Sequence record: OP617745.1
DNA length: 64,000 bases
Strand: one strand, 5' to 3'
A program made the position numbers and the translations under genes. The notes beneath the pieces were generated by a model, which had not been told where the DNA came from, searched no databases, and saw nothing but the letters and a program-made list of their open reading frames with translations. How positions within the stretch are numbered: position 1 is the stretch's first letter; every line of letters starts with the position of its first letter. Below, piece by piece: positions 9,167 to 22,100 of this stretch.

Positions 9167-10630
9167 TTATTCTTTCCTATATTTTGGTGTACTTGCAATA
9201 TCATGCAATGGCATTCTATCTGAACTGTTGACGAAATTTACAAGTTCTGGGTCTGAACCTAACCATGGAATTCTGTTACCATAATCGAATACTACCCATG
9301 ATTGACTGTCGGCATTGTATTTCCAACATGTGACCGGATTATAGTCAGTTCTGAAAAAATATTCTCCATCAGTTGGTGTAGATGGAAACTCGGTACCTTC
9401 TGGTACTGAACCCCTTTGTGGTGGAATTTCCGGTCTGTAGTTATTAGGAACATCAATAATATCATTAATATTAGAAGTATTGAAATTAAATTTTCCTGGG
9501 AAATTAGATGGAATAATCCACAAATCATCTTTGTATTGATATACTTGTGAATCACTATATTTTACATAAAACTCTATGTTATTCTTAGGTTGTTTATCTT
9601 CCTTACTATATTCAACATCACATAGCAACCAACTATTACTTGAGTTATCGTACTGGTACAATGAAAAACCACTTACATTAGTACTATCTTCTTTAAAGAA
9701 GAAATCACCATCAGTTGGATTGGATGGGAAGTTAATATCATACCCAGTACTGACAACATTCCACATATCATCAACATTCTCTTTAAGTACAGGTTTAGTC
9801 TTTTTAAGATATAGCATATTATTAGCTGGTTCTTCTGGGAAGTCATATCCATTTAGCATACTTTTAGATAGGTCTACATAGTCAATTCGTGGATCATAAA
9901 ACTGTTCATTATCAAAATTGAGATAAGGTACATCATTTTCAGCTATTGTGATTATTTTATTCATTATATCCATTTCATTTTGATAATTACTGTTGTTATT
10001 ACCATTACCGTTGCCATTATTTGGATCATCTGGGTTATCTGGATAACTATTGTTTTGTAGTAAATCTGAGTATTCAGGTGAATCAGTAATGGGTTTGACT
10101 CGAATTTTCCATATATGAGCTTGCCACGTGGCAGAATATCCTTCATATGTTTTAAAAGCATCCTGTACTACATAAAAACGGTTTATACCACTATCTTTAC
10201 CAATAACATCGAAATCACGTAAATTTGGTAGTTCAATAACATCACCCGGAAGAATCTTTCTTCCTAAACGTTTCATCATATCGTTATAATGAACAGTTAT
10301 ATCCATTGTATTAAAATCAAAAAACAGGCCAGGGAGTTTCATGTCGGGAGTTGCTTCTTGCACTTGATAGACACATGAAAATGTGATAGCCTCTAGATTA
10401 TATTTTCTATTCGAGGTGTCACCAAAAACCCAATCGCTAACACTGTTGATATCAAAGCTTGACTCTGAACTGGAAGTTGTTGTATAATCACCAGTACTGG
10501 ACGTTGGTTTTTCACCACAGTACGCGTAAAGCCACATGTCAACGCCACCTATGTTGTATTGTTCGGCAATGGCAGAATCAATAAAAGAGTAATCATTCGT
10601 TCTGCCTTTTTTCCACATCTTATAAGCCAT
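9167..10630 (-). CDS. Neck/head-completion protein (T4 gp14-like) with C-terminal extension
   Basis: NDYSFID..EQYNIGG, HYNDM..LGRKILPGDVIELPNL, HIWKIRVKP; repeated FPxxPxDG motifs in the C-terminus. Confidence 0.7.
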   Translation of the reverse strand: MAYKMWKKGRTNDYSFIDSAIAEQYNIGGVDMWLYAYCGEKPTSSTGDYTTTSSSESSFDINSVSDWVFGDTSNRKYNLEAITFSCVYQVQEATPDMKLPGLFFDFNTMDITVHYNDMMKRLGRKILPGDVIELPNLRDFDVIGKDSGINRFYVVQDAFKTYEGYSATWQAHIWKIRVKPITDSPEYSDLLQNNSYPDNPDDPNNGNGNGNNNSNYQNEMDIMNKIITIAENDVPYLNFDNEQFYDPRIDYVDLSKSMLNGYDFPEEPANNMLYLKKTKPVLKENVDDMWNVVSTGYDINFPSNPTDGDFFFKEDSTNVSGFSLYQYDNSSNSWLLCDVEYSKEDKQPKNNIEFYVKYSDSQVYQYKDDLWIIPSNFPGKFNFNTSNINDIIDVPNNYRPEIPPQRGSVPEGTEFPSTPTDGEYFFRTDYNPVTCWKYNADSQSWVVFDYGNRIPWLGSDPELVNFVNSSDRMPLHDIASTPKYRKE

Positions 10631-10660
10631 TTGAATTCTCCAAATGCATTTTTTATATAG

Positions 10661-10667
10661 TATTTAG
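10661..10667 (-). promoter_or_regulatory. Putative late promoter CTAAATA
   Basis: About 30 nt upstream of the start at 10630. Confidence 0.5.
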
Positions 10668-10684
10668 AGAAGATAAAAAAAGAG

Positions 10685-10714
10685 TTGACATTGCAATTTA
10701 ATTTCTGATATAAT
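10685..10714 (+). promoter_or_regulatory. Sigma70-type promoter for clpA
   Basis: Perfect TTGACA, 18-nt spacer, TATAAT, with an extended -10 TG. Confidence 0.85.
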
Positions 10715-10762
10715 GTAATCATAGTTCAATACAAAAAGAGACATTTTACAAAAGGAAAATCA

Positions 10763-13072
10763 ATGAATCTACAAAAACTATTTAAAGTAAGCGATGATCT
10801 GGCAACTTCTCTTGGTCATACATATCTTACTATTGACCATATTAGTGCTACACTTCTTGAAGTTGATAGTATTGTAGAACTATTCAATACCATGAATATT
10901 GATACAAATAAACTTCACAGTCGTGTGATGAATTTTCTGAAAAGTACTGAATATCCAAATCAACCGGCTAGTATGTCAGCTAATGGGACTAACAGTAGTT
11001 CTTTGTTGGTAAATCGCGTATTCAATGAACTGTCAAAAAAATCAGTTATTGAACAACTTAAACGTGATGATTTTACAATTGATTCATACTTTGTACTATT
11101 TGAATGCTTGTCTTTCCCTAATACAGCACTAGAAGCTGCGTTAAAAGAAGAAGGCGTGTCTCGCACTGAAGCAGCACGTGCATTACAAAAACATGTGGCG
11201 AAAATCGATAGTTCCATCAATCTACAAAGTATTGCTGAAGATCCTAATTCATCAGATAAGAAAGCGACGGCGGGACAAATGAATGCAATTAAACAAAAAA
11301 CTCTAGAAGATTTTACTGTAAACCTGACTAAACTTGCACAGGAAGGTAAACTTGACCCAATGATCGGTCGCCAAAAAGAACTTCAATCACTAATTGAAGT
11401 AATGGCACGTAAAAACAAAAAGAATGCTATTCTTACTGGTGATGCAGGAGTCGGTAAAACTCAGATCGTCGATGGTTTTGCACAAGCCATTGCTGATGGT
11501 GACGTACCTGACTATCTGAAAGGTGTTGAGGTATTATCTCTTAACGTTTCTGCTGTAACTGCTGGTACAAAATACCGTGGTGAATTCGAAGAACGTATGG
11601 AAGGTATTATTAAAGAACTTAAAAAACGAGAAAATGTAATTTTGTTCATTGATGAAGTACATATTATGATGGGTGCTGGTGGTAGCAGTACTGGATCTAT
11701 GGATATGAGCAATATCATGAAACCAGCACTTTCACGTGGTGATATTCGTGTTATCGGTGCAACAACTTATGAGGAATATCGCCAGAACATTGAAAAAGAT
11801 GCTGCATTTTCCCGCCGATTCACCAAAATTGATGTAGTTGAACCTAGTATTAACGAAACACGTGAAATTATTAATGGACTGAAAGGTACTTATGAAAAAT
11901 ATCACAACGTAACATTCAGTACTGAAACAATTAACTCAATTATTAATCTGAGTTCTAAATTTTTACAAAATAAAAAGTTTCCAGATAAAGCAATTGATCT
12001 GATGGATAGTGCTGCTGCTAAAATTCGTTCAGAAAAACGTTCAGATCTAAAAGTGACGGTACGTGATATTGAAGAAGTTGTGTCCAGAATCACAAACCTT
12101 GATATTAGTGTTATTTCTTGTACTGAAAGTGAACGCATGAATAATCTACCAGATGTTCTACGTTCGCGTGTATTTGGTCAAGATGAAGCAATTGAAAAAT
12201 TGGTCGATAACGTTATGGTTGCACGTGCTGGGCTACGTGATAAATCAAGTGTTCAGGGTGCTTTCATGTTTGTTGGACCATCTGGTACAGGTAAAACTGA
12301 AATCACAAAAGCACTTGCTGAAGCAATGGGTTCTGAGCTAATTCGTTTTGATATGTCAGAGTTTTCACAAGATCACACTGTATCTAAACTTATTGGTTCA
12401 CCTCCTGGATATGTAGGTCATGAAACAGGTAATGGTCAGCTTCTTGATAAAGTTGAACAATTCCCTAATGCAGTACTTCTACTGGATGAAATTGAAAAAG
12501 CACATCCAAAGGTACTACTGACATTCCTACAAGTATTGGATGAAGGGCGTTTGACTGGTTCACAAGGTAAAACAGTTTACTTTAATAATATTACGGTTAT
12601 TATGACTACAAACCTTGGAGCAGCAGATTCCAATAAACGTAGTATCGGTGTAAGTACAGTGGATTCTGCACAAGAAAAAGCTATTAAAGCATTTTTACCA
12701 CCAGAATTCATCAATCGCATTGATAGTATTGTTAAATTCAATGAACTATCATCAGAAGCAATTGATAGTGTAATTGACAAGTTTATGGGGGCATTGCGTG
12801 AACATGTTAAAGAACGTGGAATTGAAGTGGTACTGACCAAGCGTGCACGTGAATACCTAGCAGAGAATGGTGTTCAGAACGGCATGGGTGCTCGTCCAAT
12901 GAAGCGTTTGATTGAGCAATGCATTCGTGTACCTTTGGCAAAAGAAATGCTTCTAGGCTCTCTGGTGAACGGTGGTAAGGTAACGTTTGATGTGATTGAT
13001 GGTAAGATTGCAATTAAACAAAAAGTTAAAAAAGCCACAAAGGAAATTGATTCAGCAGAATTAGAGGCATAA
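10763..13072 (+). CDS. clpA: ClpA-like Hsp100/Clp AAA+ ATPase
   Basis: Two AAA modules: Walker A GDAGVGKT and GPSGTGKT, Walker B LFIDEVH and LLLDEIEKAH, pore loops KYRGEFE and GYVG; no ClpB middle domain; IGV loop. Confidence 0.9.
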   Translation: MNLQKLFKVSDDLATSLGHTYLTIDHISATLLEVDSIVELFNTMNIDTNKLHSRVMNFLKSTEYPNQPASMSANGTNSSSLLVNRVFNELSKKSVIEQLKRDDFTIDSYFVLFECLSFPNTALEAALKEEGVSRTEAARALQKHVAKIDSSINLQSIAEDPNSSDKKATAGQMNAIKQKTLEDFTVNLTKLAQEGKLDPMIGRQKELQSLIEVMARKNKKNAILTGDAGVGKTQIVDGFAQAIADGDVPDYLKGVEVLSLNVSAVTAGTKYRGEFEERMEGIIKELKKRENVILFIDEVHIMMGAGGSSTGSMDMSNIMKPALSRGDIRVIGATTYEEYRQNIEKDAAFSRRFTKIDVVEPSINETREIINGLKGTYEKYHNVTFSTETINSIINLSSKFLQNKKFPDKAIDLMDSAAAKIRSEKRSDLKVTVRDIEEVVSRITNLDISVISCTESERMNNLPDVLRSRVFGQDEAIEKLVDNVMVARAGLRDKSSVQGAFMFVGPSGTGKTEITKALAEAMGSELIRFDMSEFSQDHTVSKLIGSPPGYVGHETGNGQLLDKVEQFPNAVLLLDEIEKAHPKVLLTFLQVLDEGRLTGSQGKTVYFNNITVIMTTNLGAADSNKRSIGVSTVDSAQEKAIKAFLPPEFINRIDSIVKFNELSSEAIDSVIDKFMGALREHVKERGIEVVLTKRAREYLAENGVQNGMGARPMKRLIEQCIRVPLAKEMLLGSLVNGGKVTFDVIDGKIAIKQKVKKATKEIDSAELEA

Positions 13073-13076
13073 AAAC

Positions 13077-13106
13077 AAAAGGAGAGCTTTTATGCTCTCC
13101 TTTTTT
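13077..13106. terminator. Bidirectional intrinsic terminator
   Basis: GGAGAGC-tttat-GCTCTCC (6-nt loop ttttat), flanked by A and T tracts. Confidence 0.85.
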
Positions 13107-13107
13107 A

Positions 13108-16100
13108 TTATATAACATTTAACAAGTTATTGAGTACCAAACCGTCAATTTTCAATGAATTAGCATACACACTTACATCAATTGGTTTGTAATAATTTTT
13201 ATAAACACTAAAATTAAGTTCAACACCAAGATTGATACCAGTGAATGTATATGTTTCACCTTTAGCAAAATAGTGTTCAGCACTATACATATCTGAACGA
13301 AGGATATTGTTATTATTTCGCACATGAACTTTTTCATATCCAAGTACGATAATATCATCATAACTAGTACTACCAGTAATGATATTATCCTTAACACTAT
13401 ATGTACCAACTGAAACTGGCTCCACCACATAAGTGGTATTTTCATTCTCAACTTTAGTAACACTGGTTACTGTACAAGTTGTATCACCGATATACACTTT
13501 ATCTGTTAAATCATATGAGTAAGTCCATCTTACACCATCGAACACAGGTTTAATATCATCGACGTCATATTCATATACAGTAAACTCTAAACTTTCTGGA
13601 GTTCCAATACGAACCAGTTCATCTAATGTACCAACACCGGTATTTGGCATGAAATATCCACTATCAACCACACCATCAGAAGTTTCAACTAACTCATTAG
13701 AGATTAGCCAAACATCCAAATCTAATGGATCTATTTCATCCGTGTAATCACCATTATTCAAAGAAATATCATAGAATACATCATAGTCCATAACATCAAC
13801 TCTGTAATTTCTTATACTTTCATACAACAAATCACCATTGTTATTGAACTCATGGTCTGCAAAACTTCTAATACGAATAACATTTATACTTGTTTTTGTA
13901 TAAGGTTCACCAGTATTATTAGTGGTTAAATTATTAAACTCAAGTTTATTTCCATTTGAATCAACCAAAGAATAAACTCCGTTATTAAGCTCAACTTCAA
14001 ACATAATAGGTCGATCATTCTCTTTGATTTTATCAGTACTGAGAATAAGTTCATGAGTAAAGTTCTGGTATCTGTAATAATCATCACCATCTGGGGTAAA
14101 CACCATAACTTTATCACCACTATTGAGATTACTATTTTTCATCAAGAATTCAGTACTGCTTATAATACTATCAATAGTACTGATATAATTATAAGAGTCT
14201 TTCTTAATTACTGTGCGGTTTACATAGTTTTGTACCAGACTATATGGAGGAATGCTCACAATAGCTTCTGTACGCTTGTATGGATTGAGAACAACAAAAC
14301 CCTCTATCTGGAATCGACTAAAGTCTTTAATCTGCTGTAGAGATGTAGAATCGTTACTATAACCATCTACTGTAAAACGCATTTGTGAAATAGAATTAGC
14401 ACTTGGGTTCAACTCGGAAATATCAATGAAAACTGATTCAGTCAAATCACCTTCGTAGCTCAGTGCGACAGTTTTATATTGAGATTCCAAACCTAAATTA
14501 TCATAAGCATTCATATCATTATAATACTTCTGCCCCTTGATTCCCTCAAGTACAACCATGTAGTCACTGTACATTGGATTATTATCATCCATTTCCAGAT
14601 CATCCATATCAATCTCAACTGCTGTAACTACTGAACCATCAGTAATGAAAAGATCTTCCATATATTCATCAATGCTACGATCATCAGGAATACTAACATA
14701 ACTACCGTTAATATTGAATCTAATATATTTTCTCGGGATCATTACAAATGCCTGAATATCCATTGATTTACGATTACTATTCAGAATATCCTCTGCATAT
14801 GCATAAGGATCATCACTGTCTTTATCAAACGTGTTACGAATAGCAGTTAGTACATGAATAGCATCTTTGTAATAACGACCCTGAGAATCAATATCATATT
14901 TGAAACAATAGATACCGTATTCAATTTCCATTACGCTTCTGATGGTTTCTTCATCAGCATCTGGTGTTTCTTCCAAAATAAGTTCTCTATAATGGGCGAA
15001 TAAATCCTCACTAATTTCAAAATATCCCATGTTAAAGTCAGAACTTGAACTAAAACCAAAAGGCAATCTCGTATTCGGATTATCATTGTAAATTTCACCA
15101 CTCAGACCACAACCAATGGTATCATGGATTACATCTGAACTCATTGAACTATAAAGTTTTAATCTATTACTCAATGTATTATATTGTGAATACATTCTAA
15201 CATCTTGTGTTAAGTTAGAAGTACTATACAATTCAGAAGTGATTCTGTCTAAATCAGAAGTGAAACTTTCAGTTCTTTCAGCATCATCAACGTTCAATTT
15301 ATACCATGCATTGATAGCATCAACTAAATCCAGACTTGTATCAAAATCAGAATATAGTTCAAACATATCAACAGAAATCTGAGTATAAATTTCATCTACC
15401 TCAACAACTGGTAGTGTATACTTGAAACGCTGGATTTCATAGTACTGTACATTATCATCAGAATTACTTACATACTTAGCATTGTTCTCTTCCAGACTTG
15501 TAACATCATATAAATCACTATCAGGCTGGCATTGAACATTATCAAATTGCATTGAGATATCAATTTCCTGGAATTTTCTATCTGGGTAAACGAAGTCGTT
15601 TGGTATTGAACCAACTACCACCCATTGTCCAGTACTTTCATTATATTCAGCATATTCATGATCCCAAATATCAGATTGTGTTTTAACCCAAATTGTACCG
15701 TTATATTCATAACCATTTGGATCTAAATCATTACAAACACCATAAACATAATCAGTGTCGGATGTTTTCTGTTCAATTTGAGAACGAATTTTAGTCCTGT
15801 ACGGTTTAACTTCATTGAAATATTCAATAATCTGATTAATCAATTCGTCATTAGTGTAATTTTGTTTAAGTGATTGTTCTAACCCAACAATATAAATGTA
15901 TGAAGTTTTGAATACCCAATCAACCACACCCTGTTCAACGTGTACGTATTTAACCATGTCAAATACAATATTACTTTGAGCTAAATCGAATGTATTTTTG
16001 ATTAAATCTAATGCACTTCTTACATTAATTTCCTTGTTGCTTAAAGAACCATCACTGTTATAAACTTCATACCCATCATATAAAGATGAATTAAGAGCGA

Positions 16101-19100
16101 TTGTGCTGTTTTGACGCCCAATAGCATTCCAGAATACAGTATTACGTGATGATGTTTTCACATACATTGTCCATCCATCTGAATCAGTGATTCGAATAAC
16201 ATCACCAACTTGATAGTTTTTGGTATTAGCTATATCCAGGCTGGCTTCCTGAGTATAATCAGTATTTTCATCATACCCATCACTATACCAGTCAGCATAT
16301 TCCCAGTACTGGGTCATGTCAAGAGAAGTACCAAGTGATTCAACATAATCACTCTGTTTAATCATACTATGTTGTCCTTCACCTAGACCTTCCAGTGTGA
16401 TTGTTGATGGATTAGCATCAGTACTCTTTGTAGTCATGAATCTTATATAACCATTACTATCGTAGTGGACGAAATATACTGAAGTTGTATCTAGCGGGGA
16501 TGGTAATACACCAGTACTACTCAAAATTACTGCATCGTTTTCATCGAATTTATCAAAATCAGTTGAGACAACAAATTCGTTATTGTATGCCAGAACCCTG
16601 AATGTAACTGAATTTTCATTCACCTCAGTAGTTTTAACCTTGAAAACTTCACTCATTAATACCGTATCAGTTATGATATTTTGTGTTTTGTAATAATTAT
16701 TTGCACTATCTACAAACGTTCTGCGAGCTTCAATCAAATCCATAAACCAGGTTTTAGATGAACCCAACCCTAATTCTACACCAGGATAAACAATTTCATT
16801 TACTACACCACTCTTCGTGGTTTCGTGTCCTTTCAGAGAATTCCACAGAGAATTCCATATATCTGAATTGAAATTGTAGCTATCTCCTTCTTTACATAGC
16901 TGATATTGTTCATGTTTAATAATATCAACACTATCTTCATGATAAGAAACTGTCAAAATGCTGGTATCATCAGTAATTTCATATTGCATATTACTAAGAA
17001 TGAATGAATTCTCGTTAATTGGTGCAAACCAAGGAACGTCCAGTAAATGTGGATCTTTAATAATACGTGCAATATCAGTACATGATTTACTTCTGGTGTT
17101 AATTGGTGGTACATAAATTGTATCTCTTACCCAGAAATAATAATACGTAACATATGAATCAGTTGTTTCATCATACTCAATGAATGAAGTATAATTATCC
17201 ATGATTGCAGTACCAGAAGGTATATACATAGTGTTATTTTTATTATTTTTAGTTTGTTCCTGACAGTATTTGTCCCAATTATATGGCTGTACTGGAGATT
17301 TAACCCACTCAAGAACATTAATATCACTATGTGGTAGCAATCTACCCCAGTTATAACGACGATATTCATTTGTAGCATCTTCATCAATGTCACCATTCTC
17401 ATCCAGTACTGGGCGAGTGTAATCCAAATAAAATGCAGTACTGGTGTCCCACCATACTTGACCAACTTTCTCAGAACCCCATGCTTGAAGAGTTTCTCCA
17501 TTGCTATTGTACTGAGCAGGGTCTACTGGAGAGATATAAGATACATCTTTCATTGCAGTCCCAGGTAAAACACCATTAATTGGGTCAAATATATTAAGAT
17601 ATAATTCAGTAATGTTTGTTTTTGAATTATAAGTAGATGGTCTATCAAATAAAGTACTATCTGGAACATCAAAACTGTATTTTTTATCAATATATGCCTG
17701 GCGTTCGGTTGTATCACTGAATCTGGATGTATATTTGTACAGTTTTGGTCTTGTATCTGGATCAGTGAAATTAATTGTGATACTTGTATCAAACGGAACA
17801 ACAATTTTAGTTTTATCATCACCTGCCGTGAAATATTGACTTTCTACTGTTAATGCATCTGGCATAAAATATGTATCATCAACAAAATAATAATAATCAC
17901 CATCATCTAATGGAGCTTCGGCATCTAATTGAACAGTACAGTACTGTTCAGCATAAGTATCAGTATTTTCAATTGGAGTAATTGATAACATAGATACACC
18001 AGTATCAACTAAATCAAAAATGTTCCATTCCTGATTCATATCAACGAACATCCACACTGAATCTGGATTTTCACCATTATTTTTAATATAATTCATGCGG
18101 TCTTCATATGAATCCTGATAAGTCCATGTAGTATAAGATACTTCATTTAAATTAACTGGGCCAATATCAGGTAAATGGATATTACCACTCTTCCCTGAAC
18201 GCATCGGGAAGCGGAATTTACCTTTAGGACGAGTAATCCATCTGGAATCTTCACCTTGTGAACCATAATAAACTATTTCAGTACTACTTGTACTTGTATT
18301 AACATCTTTATCAAACGTAACCAGTTGTGGTTCTTGTTTAAAATCACTGTTAATTAATTGAAATTGTAAATTTTTCTTGGCATTAACGTTTCCATAAGTA
18401 CCAACTTTAAAAGCCCACTCTTGTAGTGCTTTATATTCATCAGTATTATATGATTTAGATACACGAAGAACGCGTTCCATTACCAAATTAGAGCCTTTAT
18501 CTCTAATAAAACCACGATAAAAATCAACACGGTTGGGATTATTAGTGATCATTTGCTGTAAGTAATCACGAGTTTGATATCCAATAACATGAGTACTTAG
18601 ATCATACAGTTGAACATCAGAAACAGGATCATTTGAATCATAATAATGTTGGAAATTAGTAACTAATGTTTCAAATGATGGTAATGTACCAGCTTCAAGA
18701 ATTATAAATCCGGGTGCTTGTAGGCGACCAACCCAGTTATCAGTGATATAACCGTACATTTTCACCAATTCCTGAATAGAACCGAATGTAGGTTGATAAA
18801 TGCTATCACCAAAAATAGTTTTATCATCAAATACCACTGCATGTTCCCATGAACATACACCTAAACGAACCAACGCCATGCGTTTATCGGCATCTTCATT
18901 AACTCTAACAGTGAAAACATTACCAATTCTTGATGTTTCAACTTCATATGGGTAGATACCACTGTTATCATCGTCCAACAGACTCCAGACACCACCATTT
19001 GTTTCACTAATACTTTGTACTGAGCCAAAATAAGTTCCGAATTTGGCATTTTTAGAGCTTGGTGTACATGAAATGTAATCACCAATGGTTAAATCTGTGG

Positions 19101-22100
19101 TACTCCATTGTAAAAAGTACTTAGCAATAGTAGACCAGTCCTGTTGTACCCCAGTGTCATCAACATCTTCAAAAATCCATCCATGTTCAACAAGATATTG
19201 ACCATATCCACACAGGAATGTATAAACATCCTGGAATGTGTTAAGAATAGATCCATATTCAAGCGTATCATCTTCTTTCCATTCCATATAATGAACAACA
19301 GTGCGATTTCCTTCAGTTACGGTTACTTTTTTACCATTTTTAACTGGTAATTTATAAGTAAACGTAGCATTAACCAAATCATAACCTTTAATAATATAAT
19401 TACTACCATTGAAAGTGATTTTAACTGCACTAAGAACTTCATTTTTGATATTATTAGAGCGTACCAGTCCGATTGTTTGGTTTTCTTGTGAAATTAAACC
19501 AAACGATTCAGATGTAAATGTTAATTCATTGCTCTTTGTAAATCCACCAAGCTTGTGTGCAATACTGATGTATGAAGTTCTAACTAAATCACCATATTTT
19601 GAAGTAATATTCTTACTTTGATAGGTTAAGTAGTTACTAACAGCCATTTGATAACCAAGAACACGAGTATTATTCTCACCATGAACCACCGTATCTGAAT
19701 TAAAATTCAGTCTAGTTCTGGTTTCTTTGTACTGCAATTGTAAACCACCAGTTTTTACAGTTTTTAGTGTATCATTTAGTGTATCCCAGAAATAATTACA
19801 GAATTGTGCTGGTTTTGCACGATATATCTGCATCATTACATCATAACTAAACATTGCGTTATTCATATAGGTGAATTCGTTGTCACCCATATCACCATAA
19901 GACCATGGTGCACTGCGTTCTTTGATCGTACCTTTTACTAAACCAAGAACGTCAGGTTGAATATAATCAACGGTACAAATTTCTTTACCATTAGTTGAAT
20001 ATTCACCGGTTTTAGTAATTACAAATGGTTGAGTACCAAAACGCTTGTACTTATCATGCTGTCCCTTACGATCTCCATATAAAATGGTACCAGTACTGGC
20101 ATCACCTTTAACACCATTAACATCCCAAAGACCACTTGGTACTAATTCACCACTTTCATTAACAACCAATGCTTCATATACATATAAAATGTCATCTTCA
20201 TTCGTGCCTACCTGAACTTCAGTTGGTTCATATTCCTGATTCCACCAGGTTGGACGAACACCAAAGCCAAACATTTCCCATGGATGAGTTGCAGGGCGAT
20301 AAGTCCCGAACTGATCAGTATATATGGCACGCCAAGAACCACGTGCAGGAAAATCAGTAATTACACCATTAACTGTATAATAGGTACCACTATAATTCCA
20401 CGTCATCCAGTTTTGTTGGTCATAATTATGAGTAGTACTGTCAATTCCGTTGGTTGCAATGAAGTTAATATACCCACGTAGTAATAATTCATCACGTTCT
20501 TCTGCACTATACTCAGTATCCCTGTAATATGGTGTTGGAAACAGATCTGAACTATCAAGTTCAGGTTGATAATCTTCATCTTTGAAAGTATTATCAATAC
20601 TGTTATAAATTCTATTCTCAAGTTCATAGATAACATCATCCATTTTATCTACACCGTTAATAACACGATAAGATTTGGTAATTTCACCAGTATGACGAAT
20701 ATTATACGGTACTTGTTTGGATGCAGCAGTCAGGTATACAGTTTTTTCTGGCTTATGTACTTTAAGAACACCCATAAATTGTGGTGTAGGTGGAATAAAA
20801 GTACGAATTGTAGTTGTAGTACTCCCTACGCCATCGTAATAGAACGCAAAAGTAGAATCTTTACCAACATTGATGTTACTCAAAATAGTATCACAAATAT
20901 CACTACTTGAAGTGCTTAAAAATTTACTTGGGTCTTCTTTATACATATTAAGCATGTAGTTTTCAAATCTGTTATTAAAACGAAGATATTCACCTTGTAA
21001 AAACATTAATGCTTCAAAAAGATCAATATCACTATTAGCAGTATGTGCCATTAGTGGAAGTAGTGATCCTTCGTTTTGAATAATTTTAGTACCAACAGCG
21101 TTATCAACTAACCCTTGTTCAAGACGTTCTTCATAATCATTGATATTATCCACGGCACCAGATGTGATATTTTTTTGTACAATTTCCTGAAAATGTAAAG
21201 TATAATTACTTTGATCAATATAAGAAATATTATCACTATATGGGTTATTTTGTAAATTTACTGGAATTTCATAACTACCAAGATTGGTATCTGGTACTTC
21301 AGTACTACTATAAGTTCTGATTTGAATCACACTTTCAGAGTCCAAATCAACAGAGTCACCAATGGTGATGCTTTGTACTTTACCATTAGACACATTTCTT
21401 GTATAATCTTCAACTACAACACCATTGACCTGAATTTCAATAATATCTGAACTTCCATCAATGACTTTTTGTGCCAGTTCATAACTGCGGTTATACAATT
21501 CACTCTGAATACCTTCAGTGTTTACCATATGCCAGTCATAATAAGTTTCAGATTCTTCTTTGTAGTATTGATAGGTTGCATTGGTTTCAATAACATATGC
21601 ATACATACCATCAATGGCTTGACTGGAAAAGCTTTCCATTTCATATACAGTACTGAACACTCTGTACATATCAGTGCGTTCAATTTGAGGTGTTTGTTTT
21701 ACAAATTGTTTAGAAAATTCAGTACTACGAACCCAGTCAGTTTTTAATACACTATCTTCATCACCAATGATATTGTAATAATAAAATCCTGGGATTTCTT
21801 TAGTTTCACCCGAACTGGTGTATTCATAACGAGTACTTTCAATAAAATTTTCGTATATATAATAATTATAATCACCCAATTCTACATTATATCCATAATA
21901 ACTATCAACTTTGTAGTTGTAGTTAATTTTTAGTCCAAACAGAGAAGAACCACTGAAGGTACTTGACGGATATACAGTACTATCTTGTAATTTTACACCA
22001 TTTCGATCATATAACTGGAAAAGAGGGAATGCATTTGTTCCATTCTTTTTCTGAGTTGCAATCCAGTTATGCCCATTCCAGTACATAGTGGTATTTCCAT

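Noticed and set aside
10763-13072. ClpB disaggregase
   Set aside because: It lacks the long coiled-coil middle domain between the AAA modules, and the length fits ClpA.
13173-21747. Many short antisense or alternate-frame ORFs nested in long genes (here and throughout the window)
   Set aside because: Expected shadow ORFs of long coding sequences; no RBS or recognisable motifs.
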